Below, one piece after another: positions 45,988-55,679 of a DNA stretch of 64,000 bases. The DNA comes from an uncultured bacterium. GTDB taxonomy: Bacteria > Cyanobacteriota > Vampirovibrionia > Gastranaerophilales > Gastranaerophilaceae. The notes beneath the pieces were generated by a model that saw nothing but the letters and a program-made list of their open reading frames with translations, was not told the DNA's origin and made no database searches. Position 1 is the first letter of the stretch. The number at the start of each line of letters is the position of its first letter. The translations under genes and the position numbers were made by a program. The stretch lies in contig CADBOZ010000122.1 in assembly GCA_902796515.1 (NCBI GenBank), forward strand, positions 10,924 to 74,923, written 5' to 3'.

Positions 45988-46368
45988 ATGGAAAACGTTA
46001 ATCAAATCAGATTTGGCAACAGTTATGCCATCGGAAATTTTGCATCAAAGCAATCACAAAAGAAAGAAGAATCCAAAGACAATACTTTAGAGGAATCTTC
46101 AAAAAATCAAGTTTCGGTTAATCCTGAAGATGTATTAAATGCAATGAACATCGCAGGATCACAAAAAATGTTACAAGTTAATTCTTCTTCAAAGGAAGTT
46201 AATCCGCTTGAACACTTATCAAGTGAAAGAATAGCAGATATTGAAGCCATGATGGATGAATTTGACAACGGAGTTAAAGAGGTTTCCGACTTTTTAGCGG
46301 AAGAATTTCCCGGAATATCGGAAACTGATAAAAATACTCTCGCAGCTGCAGTTTTTGCTCGTGAGTAA
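45988..46368 (+). CDS. hypothetical acidic protein, divergent from fliM
   Basis: 126 aa with a strong RBS (aaggaga). No recognised motif, no signal peptide. Confidence 0.5.
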   Translation: MENVNQIRFGNSYAIGNFASKQSQKKEESKDNTLEESSKNQVSVNPEDVLNAMNIAGSQKMLQVNSSSKEVNPLEHLSSERIADIEAMMDEFDNGVKEVSDFLAEEFPGISETDKNTLAAAVFARE

Positions 46369-46412
46369 TTGATAAGTTTTCCTTATTCTCCTCTATTGTT
46401 TAACTTTTTGAT

Positions 46413-46446
46413 GCCGTTAAAATTATTTAACGGCTTTATTTTTTTA
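46413..46446 (+). terminator. rho-independent terminator
   Basis: gccgttaaa-atta-tttaacggc (9-bp stem) followed by tttattttttt. Confidence 0.75.
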
Positions 46447-46456
46447 TATATTTCCG

Positions 46457-46465
46457 TGATAAAAT
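46457..46465 (+). promoter_or_regulatory. extended -10 element (TGaTAAAAT) for rnpB
   Basis: gTGaTAAAATaattta lies about 7 nt upstream of the predicted 5' end of the RNase P RNA P1 stem. Confidence 0.5.
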
Positions 46466-46472
46466 AATTTAA

Positions 46473-46814
46473 AAAGTCGGCTGATAATCGCGTAGCAAAT
46501 TTGTTATGAGGAAAGTCCGGACAGTCAGATAGCATATTGCTTGGGAAATCCAAGTGCCCGTGAGGGTGAGGACAGTGCCACAGAAATGAAGGTTACTGCG
46601 CAAATCCTTTAGGATTTATGCTCAGCAAAAGTGCAACGGCGGAGTAAGAGCCCACCGCTGATATTGTGAAATATCAGGCAAGGTAAACCCCGATAGACTG
46701 CAAGTTTGACTTTGCAACAGGTGCTATCCCGTTTCTTATTTAAAGAAGTTGCAAGAAAAAACGCATTAGACAGATGATTATTTTAGTTACAGAATCCGGC
46801 TTATAACTGACTTT
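46473..46814 (+). ncRNA. rnpB: RNase P RNA, bacterial type A
   Basis: Universal blocks GAGGAAAGTCCGGAC, AGTGCCACAGAAA, GGTAAACCCC and ACAGAATCCGGCTTATAA. The P1 pairing is aaagtcgg (5') with ctgacttt (3'). Ends are approximate. Confidence 0.9.
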
Positions 46815-46842
46815 CTGCCTTATTTATATAAGGCAGTTTTTA
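46815..46842 (+). terminator. rho-independent terminator after rnpB
   Basis: ctgcctta-tttatat-aaggcag hairpin followed by ttttt. Confidence 0.7.
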
Positions 46843-46914
46843 AGACAGATTTTATTAAAATTATAAAAATCTTTTCGTGATATAATTTGTTTTATTAGAA
46901 AGCAGGGTTAAGTA

Positions 46915-48471
46915 ATGGATAAATTTTATACAACAACGGCAATAGATTATGTAAACGGAGCTCCGCATATCGGTCACGCTTACGAAAAAATACTTACAAA
47001 CGTTATATTCAGACATTTTTCAAAAAGAACCGATGATGCATATATGCTGACAGGTACTGATGAACACGGAATTAAAATTCAAAAAACCTCAGCTCAGACG
47101 GGACAGACTCCTAAAGAATTTTGTGACGGTAATGCTCAAAAATTTATTGATTGTTGGAAATTGCTTGATATTAACTACTCTCAATTTATAAGAACAACCG
47201 ATGAAAACCATAAAAAGACAGTTCAAAAAATATTTAAAAAACTTGTTGAAAAAGGCGATATTTATAAACATTCATACACGGGATTATATTGTGCGGGCTG
47301 CGAAGCGTTTTTATCGGAAAAAGACCTTGATGAAGACGGATGCTGCCCTAATCACAAGAAAAAACCCGAAGTTGTTTCCGAAGAAAACTATTTCTTCAGA
47401 TTGACAAAATATAAAGAACGGATTGAAAAACATATAAAACAAAATCCGGATTTCATAATTCCGTCCTTCAGAGCAAATGAAGTTTTAAATCAGCTTGAAA
47501 ACATCGAAGATATTTCTGTTTCAAGGGCGAAAACAAATGTAAGCTGGGGAATTGATGTATTGGATGATACGGAGCAGGTAATTTACGTTTGGATTGATGC
47601 TTTATCCAACTATATAACCGCTTTAGGATATGATACGGAAAATCCGTCCGATAAATTTAAAAAATACTGGCCTGCCGATGTTCATGTTATCGGAAAAGAC
47701 ATATTAAAATTCCACAGTATTTACTGGCTTGCAATATTAATGGCACTTGAACTTCCTTTACCGAAGCATATTTTAGCTCACGGATGGATAACCATAGACG
47801 AAACAAAAATGTCTAAATCGCTTGGTAATGTTGTTTCTCCGGCTAGCGTAATTGAATCCTTTAATATGGATATACCCGATGCATTGAGATATTATATGGC
47901 AACATCGGCTCCCTGCGGTAAAGACGGAAATTATTCGGATGATGATTTTAAAGAAAAAGTCAATGCACATCTTGCAAATTCTATGGGAAATCTTTTAAAC
48001 AGAACATTATCAATGCTTGTTAAATATTTCGAAGGTGAAATAAAAGAAGAATTTATTGTTAAATCGGATTTATTTACGGAAGCTAAAAAGACAATTGAAG
48101 AAGTTAAACACCACTTTGATTATTATGAAGTTCAGGAAGCCTCTTTAAAAATCGTTGAGCTTGTAGATAAAACAAATAAGTTTGTTACGGATAATGCTCC
48201 ATGGACATTAGCAAAAGAAGGAAAAATGACCGAATGCGGAAAAGTTTTATACACTGTTTTAGAAACAATGTGTACGATTGCTTCTTTGATTGAACCGTAT
48301 TGTCCGAATATTGCGCAAAGAATGGCATCTCAGCTTAAATATGATTTAAATACAAAATATGATGATATTACATTTGATAATATTAAAGCGGGTAAATTGA
48401 TTTCAAAAGAAGAGATTACGCCTGTATTTTTAAGACTCGACAGCGAGCTTGCGGATAAAACCAAAAAATAA
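46915..48471 (+). CDS. metG: methionyl-tRNA synthetase (short form, no C-terminal tRNA-binding appendage)
   Basis: 518 aa. HIGH motif APHIGHAYE, KMSKS motif present, and a Cys knuckle CAGCEAF...CCPNH. Confidence 0.93.
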   Translation: MDKFYTTTAIDYVNGAPHIGHAYEKILTNVIFRHFSKRTDDAYMLTGTDEHGIKIQKTSAQTGQTPKEFCDGNAQKFIDCWKLLDINYSQFIRTTDENHKKTVQKIFKKLVEKGDIYKHSYTGLYCAGCEAFLSEKDLDEDGCCPNHKKKPEVVSEENYFFRLTKYKERIEKHIKQNPDFIIPSFRANEVLNQLENIEDISVSRAKTNVSWGIDVLDDTEQVIYVWIDALSNYITALGYDTENPSDKFKKYWPADVHVIGKDILKFHSIYWLAILMALELPLPKHILAHGWITIDETKMSKSLGNVVSPASVIESFNMDIPDALRYYMATSAPCGKDGNYSDDDFKEKVNAHLANSMGNLLNRTLSMLVKYFEGEIKEEFIVKSDLFTEAKKTIEEVKHHFDYYEVQEASLKIVELVDKTNKFVTDNAPWTLAKEGKMTECGKVLYTVLETMCTIASLIEPYCPNIAQRMASQLKYDLNTKYDDITFDNIKAGKLISKEEITPVFLRLDSELADKTKK

Positions 48472-48481
48472 AAGGTAGTTT

Positions 48482-49366
48482 TTGATGAATAACGTTAATA
48501 AAACAATATTTACAAATGAGTTAAAGCTTGTATTTTTTATTGCTTTAACTTCTGCAATAATTTTGTTTTTCGGATATGTAATTTCCGAAATGTTCGGCTT
48601 CGGACTTGAAGGTATTTTAATTTCATTAATACTTGCAGCCGGAGTTAACTTTTTTTCTTATTTCTTCTCAAAAGACATTGTCCTAAAATCGCAGGGCGCA
48701 ATAAGAATGCGGGAAGAAGAATTTCCGGAATACTATAATAACGTTAAAATGATGTGTGAAAAAAATAATATAATTATGCCTGAGCTGTATTATATTAATA
48801 CATCTTCCCTTAATGCTTTTGCAACGGGAAGAAATCAAAAAAATGCAGCGGTTGTTGTAACTTCGGGATTGTTAAAAACCCTTCCGATGAATGAAATTAT
48901 GGGTGTGGTAGGTCATGAGTTATCTCACATTATCCATAAAGACATAATGATAACAAGCTTTATTTCTACCCTTGTCGGATATATTACGATACTTGCATCG
49001 GTTTTAAGAAATAATGCAATGTACAATTCCGCAAGAAACAGAAATTCCAATTCTACACTCCCTCTTCTTGCAATTACCGCGACTATTATTGCTCCGGTTG
49101 TTGCAACATTAATAAGAATGGCGGTTTCACGTTCAAGAGAATATATGGCTGACGCTACGGGCGGTAAAATATGCGGCAATCCGCAATATTTAGCAAATGC
49201 TTTGTATAGAATAAGTCACGGAGGATGTGCAATGCCGACAGCAAATGAAGCCGTTGCGCCTTTATATATTTCAAACCCTCTCAGAGGCGGATTTTTATCA
49301 AATTTGTTTTCAACTCACCCCAATACGGAAGACAGAATTAAAAGATTGGAAAACATGCAATTTTAA
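48482..49366 (+). CDS. htpX: M48-family zinc metalloprotease HtpX
   Basis: 294 aa with TM segments. HELSHIIHKD, ...EYMADATGG... and STHPNTEDRIKRL. Confidence 0.9.
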   Translation: MMNNVNKTIFTNELKLVFFIALTSAIILFFGYVISEMFGFGLEGILISLILAAGVNFFSYFFSKDIVLKSQGAIRMREEEFPEYYNNVKMMCEKNNIIMPELYYINTSSLNAFATGRNQKNAAVVVTSGLLKTLPMNEIMGVVGHELSHIIHKDIMITSFISTLVGYITILASVLRNNAMYNSARNRNSNSTLPLLAITATIIAPVVATLIRMAVSRSREYMADATGGKICGNPQYLANALYRISHGGCAMPTANEAVAPLYISNPLRGGFLSNLFSTHPNTEDRIKRLENMQF

Positions 49367-49373
49367 ATTGATT

Positions 49374-49919
49374 TTATCTGATAAAAATGAATTCGGTAAT
49401 ATTATCACGATGTGATACTTGACTCATTTGACTGTTATAGCCCAGAATATTACATTCCGAATCGTCATCGAATGATACTTTATCGATATCTCTTGTTTTA
49501 TCTTTATCATTATCAAGCATAATTAACATTTTTTTGGAATTTCTGATATCTATATTATCGCTGCCTTCTTTTGGATTTATTTCGACATTTGAGCAATTAA
49601 CAAATGAATATTTGTCATTTTTTTCTGTACCCGTTATGTCGGTAAGAGTGTTTTTGGAATTAAAACCGTAAAATTCAATCGTTCCGTCGTCGAGTGCCGT
49701 AATGTATGCATTTTCAAGTTGTTTTTGAGCTTCAACTACAGTTCCGTCTTTCAATGATATTTTGTAGGAGTTTGGGCTTGTTTGATAACTTTTGGTATTT
49801 GAAAAGTCAAAAATACTTGCATCAACTCTTATTGAGCCGATTGATAAATATTTCCATTGCTCTTTTATGTTGCTGTCATTTAAAGCGTTGTTCTGAATTT
49901 CCGAAACATTTAAATCCAT
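49374..49919 (-). CDS. hypothetical acidic protein
   Basis: 181 aa, ORF track only. No signal peptide and no recognised motif. Confidence 0.35.
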   Translation of the reverse strand: MDLNVSEIQNNALNDSNIKEQWKYLSIGSIRVDASIFDFSNTKSYQTSPNSYKISLKDGTVVEAQKQLENAYITALDDGTIEFYGFNSKNTLTDITGTEKNDKYSFVNCSNVEINPKEGSDNIDIRNSKKMLIMLDNDKDKTRDIDKVSFDDDSECNILGYNSQMSQVSHRDNITEFIFIR

Positions 49920-50019
49920 AATTTTCCTCGTTTTTTAAGATTTCCTTATATAAATAAAAATATTTTTTTGAGAAAAAATTGATGGATTTTTTATTATTTG
50001 AAATATTTCTTAATATATT

Positions 50020-51342
50020 TTATTTTAATCCTGCCCATAGTACTCCGATAAGGACTGTCGGGATTATAAATTTTAATCCGATATCAAAGAGTACCGCAAA
50101 AAATTTGTTGCTTATAAATTGAGAACCCTTTATCTTTAAAAACCATCCGGCAATTATGCATAAAAATAAGGTATTTAAAGGCATAAGGATGCTGGACGTT
50201 GTAAAATCAAGAAAATCAAATATTGTTTTTCCGAATAAGGTAACACCGTACAGTTTACCGAAGGATAGCGACGCAGGAATTGCAATAGCTGAAATTATTA
50301 TAAACAATATAACGGAAGCTTTAATTCTTGAAATTTTCATACGTTCGGTAAAAGATGCTATTGCGACTTCTAAGATGCTTATTCCGGATGTTAGCGCAGC
50401 GCAGAATAAAAGTATGAAAAATGCCGCAGAAACCACGTTTCCGAACGGAATTTTTGCAAAAATATTGGGTAAAGTTACAAAAACAAGTCCCGCTCCAGAA
50501 TTTGGTTCCAGTCCGAATGAAAAAATAGCGGGAAATATCATAACCCCTGCCATAAGGGCAAACATTGTGTCCGAGAAAATTATGGTATAAGTTGATTTTA
50601 CTATGCTTTTATCTTCTTTTATATAGCTTCCGTATGTTAATAGCGCACCCATACCGATACTTAAAGTAAATAGTGCCTGTCCCAGTGCAGCTAAAAACAT
50701 TTCGGCACTAACTTTAGAAAAATCGGGTTTAAACATATATTCAATGCCGAGGTTTGCATTCGGTAAATTTAAAGAAAATATTATCAGACCGATAAGCAAA
50801 ACCGCAAACAAAGGCATTAACACATTATTTGCAAATTCTATGCCTTTTTTTATTCCTCTGGAAATAAAAAACATACACATAAACAAAAATAAGAGTGTAA
50901 AAATAACGGGAAGTGTTGAACCTTGAATAAAGGATGAAAAATACCCGCTAAAGTCCGATGTTTTGTAGCTTACAAAGCTAATATAAATGTAATTTATAAT
51001 CCATCCGCCCACAACAAAATAAAATGATGAAATAAGCACTCCCGTAAGAGGATTTAAAAAACCTAACGGTTTAAATTTCGGATTGACGGATTCATATGCC
51101 CCTATGCATTCTTTTTTTAAAATTTTTCCTGTTGCAAGCTCTGCCAGAAGCGGAATAAAGCAAATCGTTAAAATTAAAAACAAATATACAATAAGAAAAA
51201 CAGCACCTCCGTACTTACCCATAATGTACGGAAATCTCCATATATTTCCGAGTCCTACGGCAGAACCTATGCTTGCTAAAATAAATGAATATCTGGATGT
51301 CCAGCTTGGTCTTGATGAGTCCAAAATATCTCCTTTATGCAA
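50020..51342 (-). CDS. sodium-dependent transporter, neurotransmitter:sodium symporter (SNF) family
   Basis: 440 aa. WTSRYSFILASIGSAVGLGNIWRFPY is the SNF signature. About 11-12 TM segments. Confidence 0.9.
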   Translation of the reverse strand: MHKGDILDSSRPSWTSRYSFILASIGSAVGLGNIWRFPYIMGKYGGAVFLIVYLFLILTICFIPLLAELATGKILKKECIGAYESVNPKFKPLGFLNPLTGVLISSFYFVVGGWIINYIYISFVSYKTSDFSGYFSSFIQGSTLPVIFTLLFLFMCMFFISRGIKKGIEFANNVLMPLFAVLLIGLIIFSLNLPNANLGIEYMFKPDFSKVSAEMFLAALGQALFTLSIGMGALLTYGSYIKEDKSIVKSTYTIIFSDTMFALMAGVMIFPAIFSFGLEPNSGAGLVFVTLPNIFAKIPFGNVVSAAFFILLFCAALTSGISILEVAIASFTERMKISRIKASVILFIIISAIAIPASLSFGKLYGVTLFGKTIFDFLDFTTSSILMPLNTLFLCIIAGWFLKIKGSQFISNKFFAVLFDIGLKFIIPTVLIGVLWAGLK

Positions 51343-51495
51343 TTCTAAGTACCGGAATTATACTACAAAATTAGTCCTTTAAAACCGTATTAATATATGA
51401 GATAAACTCTTAACATACTTGCAAAAACCTGTTTTTATGGTATATTTAAGTCAGATTTGTGTTGTTAAATTATTAAATAGACAGGGGGCTTCCAA

Positions 51496-54276
51496 ATGAA
51501 AGTGGATTTTCGTTTGCATACGAGTTCTGCCGTAAAAAATTGTGCTGCGGCAAAAAAAGTTCAGGCGCAAGAAACGATACCTAAAACAAGTATGAATAAT
51601 ACCGGAATGCTTTTGAGTTTTACCGCAAATCCTCTGAAAAATACTTCTCAGGTAGCTTCAATTGCTCCCGAATATCAGGGAATATTAAATAGTGTATATA
51701 AACTGGGCGGTCTGGGTAATGTAGCGGGAGAGGCCTCTCTTGCTTTTTCGGATAGCGGAAAAATGGATTTCAGGACTTTTGTTCCTTATTATGCACCCGA
51801 AAATACTTCGGGCGGTATAAAAGTGAAAACACCTTTAATTGAAGAAGGAAAACCTGTCGTGTGGGATGTTCCGAGGGTTGCAAACGGCACACCCATTATG
51901 CAGGACGGAAAACCTGTAATTGATAAAGTGCCCGCATATGAATTTAAGTCAGTGCCTGTGGATTATGTGCTTCAGGAAGGTGAAAATTTTGTTATCCATG
52001 AGCCTGTTAATAAATTTGCCCCATGGAAAACAGGGTATAAAATTCTTGAAGAAACAGGTATAACAGGTAGTGTTGAATCCGTTAACGATGATTTATCGGG
52101 TATGAAAAAAACTTCTTATAAAGTATTTTCTATTCAGGGTACGGGAATAAATAAAGCGGGAAGCCCTCCTGTTTATATAGTTCATACTCCGCAGCTGGCG
52201 AAATTTCCGCGTGCTTACGGCGGAGTTTCCGCTTATGCGGGCGGTTCTTTTGAAGATGCCGACTATGCCGTATTTTCAAAGGCCTCCGTTGATGCCATGC
52301 CGAAATTAAACAAAGAAGAATTCGGAAATTTTAACCCCGCAAATTACTGGCTTCATGACAGACAGGCATTTCCGACTCTTGTTGAAATATCGGAAAAATC
52401 ATCTCAGGGAGATGAATACTGGAGAGGCATTAAGGCGCATTCAAGCTTCCATAATCCCGGAAGAGATTATCAGGGACATTATACAAGCCCGATTGATTTT
52501 ATGAGAATAATAGGTTCAAACGAGGATTTGAAGGAAATACAAAAAAACCCCGATGATTATAAATTTATTCGGGATATGATAAATAAACTCGAAAATGAAA
52601 GAAAACAGAAGAACGGAAAATTTTCACCGGAAGAAATTCTTTCAAAAGAGGAATTGGCAAGACTTAATGAAATATTTGAGCCTTTGTACGGAGATTTTAA
52701 AGATGAAACGGGACAGTATAACTTATGTAAAATACCGATTGACGGCGTAAGAAAAAACCCCTTTAATTTTAGCGCCGGAACTGTTTCGACAACATTCGGA
52801 AAGGAAATGAAAAACCATAATACAAAGGAAATTGCTCCCGGTTTAACAAAAGATTTAGCATCCATTCCGACGGTTGATATTGTAAACGGTTCATCCGCAA
52901 AAAGTATGCGCCTTGATATTACGGGAGATTTCGGAAGAAATAACGGTTTTACGGAAGAAGTTAAAAAAGGTTTCACTCCTTTAACAAAAGAAATTACGGA
53001 ATCACCCGATCTTTTATTTGAAGCAAAGCAGAGTAATAAAAAATGGCTGATTGATACCTTTGCTTCACACGGTCAAAATCAAGACACTCTGGCTTCTCTT
53101 GTGTATAGCAGGGATGCGATTGAAAAAGGCTCTACCGTTCTTGGCGGTCTGAGTGAATATAAAGACAAAGATGTTTTATTTGTAAGCTGGGGAAGACCGG
53201 ATGCTCAAAAAGGATTTCCGACTACGCTTGAAGGAGTTTTGGACTATTTTAAGGATGCTGCCGTACCTCAGGATAAAAAAGAGCATGCAAAATTCTTAAT
53301 AGGTGCAGGCCCCTGGGGGGATGAGGCACGTGATTGGAAAACAATTAAATCCCAGATGAAGCAAATAGAAGAACTTGACGGAGGAAAGTACAAAGGAAAT
53401 GTTTGCTATTTAAACGGATTTTTCACAAATAGAATAGTTGCTTGTGCTGATTATGCAAATATTACAAGCAGATACGAACCATGCGGAATAACTCCTCTTG
53501 AATCGTTTGCGGGAGGAACACCTGTTATTTCAAACAGAACGGGAGGTTCACCCGATTTTATTGCACCTTTTATTAAAGGAAAAGAAATTACAAATGAAAC
53601 GGGATTTTTAACAAAAAATGCGTATCTTGTAAACCCTGAAGTTATAGGCGCAGAACCGACTCTTAAGGGACTTAAACTTGATGCGGCAAGAAGAGCGGCA
53701 CTCGGAAAAGAAAACGCATCTTGTATAGAAGAGGCGGTAACTTTATTGCAGGATAATCCCTCGGGATATAAAAAAATGATGATGAATGCAATAAATGCAA
53801 AAATTGACTGGCACGAAAACGGTTTGTTTAACGGCGGAAAGAGCGCAATAGAAAGATATAAAGAATGCGCATGGGCAATAGGTGGTGATAACAAAGTATT
53901 AGCAGGTCAGGAAAGAAATATAGAGCCGCTTGCAACGCTAAAAGGCAGAATATTTAAGAAAAACCCCGTTGTTGCCGTTGTTGAAACAAAAGTTGAAGAA
54001 GTGACGGAAAAAATAAAAGAAGGTGTTGAAAAAACCGGAACATTCTCATCAGGTTTGAAAAAATACTTTAATTCATTTTTAACCAAAGTTAAAAATCATA
54101 AGGCGCTTGCCGTAAGCGCTGCGGTTGTTGTTGCGGGATTAGGTATATTCAGGTTAATGTCTTCAAAAAATAAACCCGACGTAAGTAAACTAAACCCGAA
54201 ATTTGTAAAACAAACAGCACGCGCTTCAACTCTCGGTAAATTATCTTTTGATAATTTTGCAAAACAAAGAAGATAA
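51496..54276 (+). CDS. glycogen/starch-synthase-like glycosyltransferase (GT5-like), unusually long, with a C-terminal TM anchor
   Basis: 926 aa. N-domain KLGGLGNVAGEASLAF (compare KxGGLxDV). C-domain WGRPDAQKGF...ITSRYEPCGITPLESFAGGTPVISNRTGGSPDFI. C-terminal hydrophobic segment ALAVSAAVVVAGLGIFRLM. Confidence 0.7.
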   Translation: MKVDFRLHTSSAVKNCAAAKKVQAQETIPKTSMNNTGMLLSFTANPLKNTSQVASIAPEYQGILNSVYKLGGLGNVAGEASLAFSDSGKMDFRTFVPYYAPENTSGGIKVKTPLIEEGKPVVWDVPRVANGTPIMQDGKPVIDKVPAYEFKSVPVDYVLQEGENFVIHEPVNKFAPWKTGYKILEETGITGSVESVNDDLSGMKKTSYKVFSIQGTGINKAGSPPVYIVHTPQLAKFPRAYGGVSAYAGGSFEDADYAVFSKASVDAMPKLNKEEFGNFNPANYWLHDRQAFPTLVEISEKSSQGDEYWRGIKAHSSFHNPGRDYQGHYTSPIDFMRIIGSNEDLKEIQKNPDDYKFIRDMINKLENERKQKNGKFSPEEILSKEELARLNEIFEPLYGDFKDETGQYNLCKIPIDGVRKNPFNFSAGTVSTTFGKEMKNHNTKEIAPGLTKDLASIPTVDIVNGSSAKSMRLDITGDFGRNNGFTEEVKKGFTPLTKEITESPDLLFEAKQSNKKWLIDTFASHGQNQDTLASLVYSRDAIEKGSTVLGGLSEYKDKDVLFVSWGRPDAQKGFPTTLEGVLDYFKDAAVPQDKKEHAKFLIGAGPWGDEARDWKTIKSQMKQIEELDGGKYKGNVCYLNGFFTNRIVACADYANITSRYEPCGITPLESFAGGTPVISNRTGGSPDFIAPFIKGKEITNETGFLTKNAYLVNPEVIGAEPTLKGLKLDAARRAALGKENASCIEEAVTLLQDNPSGYKKMMMNAINAKIDWHENGLFNGGKSAIERYKECAWAIGGDNKVLAGQERNIEPLATLKGRIFKKNPVVAVVETKVEEVTEKIKEGVEKTGTFSSGLKKYFNSFLTKVKNHKALAVSAAVVVAGLGIFRLMSSKNKPDVSKLNPKFVKQTARASTLGKLSFDNFAKQRR

Positions 54277-54284
54277 AATTTTTT

Positions 54285-54312
54285 AAAAAAGGAAGCATAT
54301 GCTTCCTTTTTT
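54285..54312. terminator. bidirectional rho-independent terminator between convergent genes
   Basis: aaaaaa-ggaagcat|atgcttcc-tttttt, a perfect palindrome flanked by A and T runs. Confidence 0.75.
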
Positions 54313-54709
54313 ATTTAGAATATATTGAGTATTCTTTTGAATTTTCTTCCCAAACATCTCTTTCAAGAGTAAGAGCATGCGACCAGAATTTTTCAATTTT
54401 ATATGTTTCTCTTTCATTGGGATGCATAATATGAACTACAACCTCGCCGTAATCAAGTAAATTCCACCTGTTTTGTTTCTCGGTTTCTTCTCCTATCGGA
54501 ATTCTTTTAAAAAGTTCTTTTATTTTTTTTCTGATGATTTCAGTCAGACCTCGAACCTGCGTAGTTGAAGTTCCTGTCGCAATGATAAAATAATCCGATA
54601 AAGAGCACACATTTTCTACATTCAAAATCACTATATCTTTTGCCAGATTGTCGTCCAGTATTCTTGCAATTACGGATGCAAATTTTTCGCTCGTAAGATT
54701 ATTTTCCAT
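54311..54709 (-). CDS. rsfS: ribosome silencing factor RsfS
   Basis: 132 aa. ...DIVILNVENVCSLSDYFIIATGTSTTQVRGL...WNLLDYGEVVVHIM... Confidence 0.88.
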   Translation of the reverse strand: MENNLTSEKFASVIARILDDNLAKDIVILNVENVCSLSDYFIIATGTSTTQVRGLTEIIRKKIKELFKRIPIGEETEKQNRWNLLDYGEVVVHIMHPNERETYKIEKFWSHALTLERDVWEENSKEYSIYSK

Positions 54710-54718
54710 ATTTTTTCC

Positions 54719-55633
54719 TTAAATATCACCTGTTGATGAATTTTTCTCGTCTTCCAGAGATTTAATATCAACAACTTCATCTTCCTGATAATTCAAATTA
54801 TTGCTTATATCTATATCAATATTTACTTCGCCGTCTATCATTTCGATATCGGATTTTTGATATTCTTTTAATTTTCCGTCTTCAAGTTTAACATTTACGG
54901 TTTTCTTTAAGAAATTAACCATAAATACTTTTCCTATTCCTTCAGGAGTCATAACGCCGGAGCCTACGGGAGGAAGTGTTTTTGCGGCATCAATGTAGTT
55001 TTTATACTCGTAATTTAAACAACATAATAACCTTCCGCACGCACCCGTAATTTTTCCGGGAGTAATAGGAATTCCCTGATCTTTAGCAAGCTTTGTATTG
55101 ACTTGCTCAAATTTCTTTAAAAATCTGCAGCAGCAGTAATCCTGACCGCAAATTCCCTGACCTTGAATTATTGAAGTTTCATCCCTGACGCCTATATGTC
55201 TTAAATCTATGCGGACTTTTTTAAATTCCTGAGTTAAATCTTTTAAAAGCTCTCTGAAGTCAACTCTTTCGGGTGCCGTATAGTAGAAAGTTATTTTCTT
55301 TCTGTCAAATGTATATCTTGCCTGTGTAAATTTCATAACAAGATTTCTTTTTTGCGCTAAGTCACGACACTTATAAAAAGCTTTAATTTCAAGCATTTTT
55401 TGTTCTTCATACGTTTTCATATCCTCATCTGTCATTATTCTTACAACAGATAAAGGTTCGGGTTGATATTTTTCCCATGTACGCTGAACTTCGGAATTTA
55501 CAAGAAATGCCTGAAAAACTTCCTCTCCTTTATCGGTTTTAACAAGAATGTATTGCCCGTGCTTAATATTTGCATTTTGCACGACCTTAAGAGGATGAAA
55601 AGTATTTTTGATTGTTCTTACTGCAAATTTCAT
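54719..55633 (-). CDS. PSP1-domain protein (YaaT/RicT-like)
   Basis: 304 aa. ...DLRHIGVRDETS...GICGQDYCCCRFL...GACGRLLCCLNYE... Confidence 0.85.
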   Translation of the reverse strand: MKFAVRTIKNTFHPLKVVQNANIKHGQYILVKTDKGEEVFQAFLVNSEVQRTWEKYQPEPLSVVRIMTDEDMKTYEEQKMLEIKAFYKCRDLAQKRNLVMKFTQARYTFDRKKITFYYTAPERVDFRELLKDLTQEFKKVRIDLRHIGVRDETSIIQGQGICGQDYCCCRFLKKFEQVNTKLAKDQGIPITPGKITGACGRLLCCLNYEYKNYIDAAKTLPPVGSGVMTPEGIGKVFMVNFLKKTVNVKLEDGKLKEYQKSDIEMIDGEVNIDIDISNNLNYQEDEVVDIKSLEDEKNSSTGDI

Positions 55634-55679
55634 TGTTTTAATTATACCCGAATATTTCTAAATATTCAAAAATATAATA

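Noticed and set aside
46369-46914. Possible T-box leader upstream of metG
   Set aside because: The long non-coding stretch is explained by RNase P RNA and its terminator. Only about 70 nt remain before metG, which is too short for a T-box.
50156-50590. 144-aa plus-strand ORF antisense to the SNF transporter
   Set aside because: It lies fully within a CDS that carries the SNF signature. There is no start context and no recognisable domain.
52557-53894. Two minus-strand ORFs (139 and 147 aa) antisense to the glycogen-synthase-like gene
   Set aside because: They lie opposite conserved GT5 motifs and have Ser/Phe/Pro-rich composition typical of antisense frames. I treat them as shadow ORFs.
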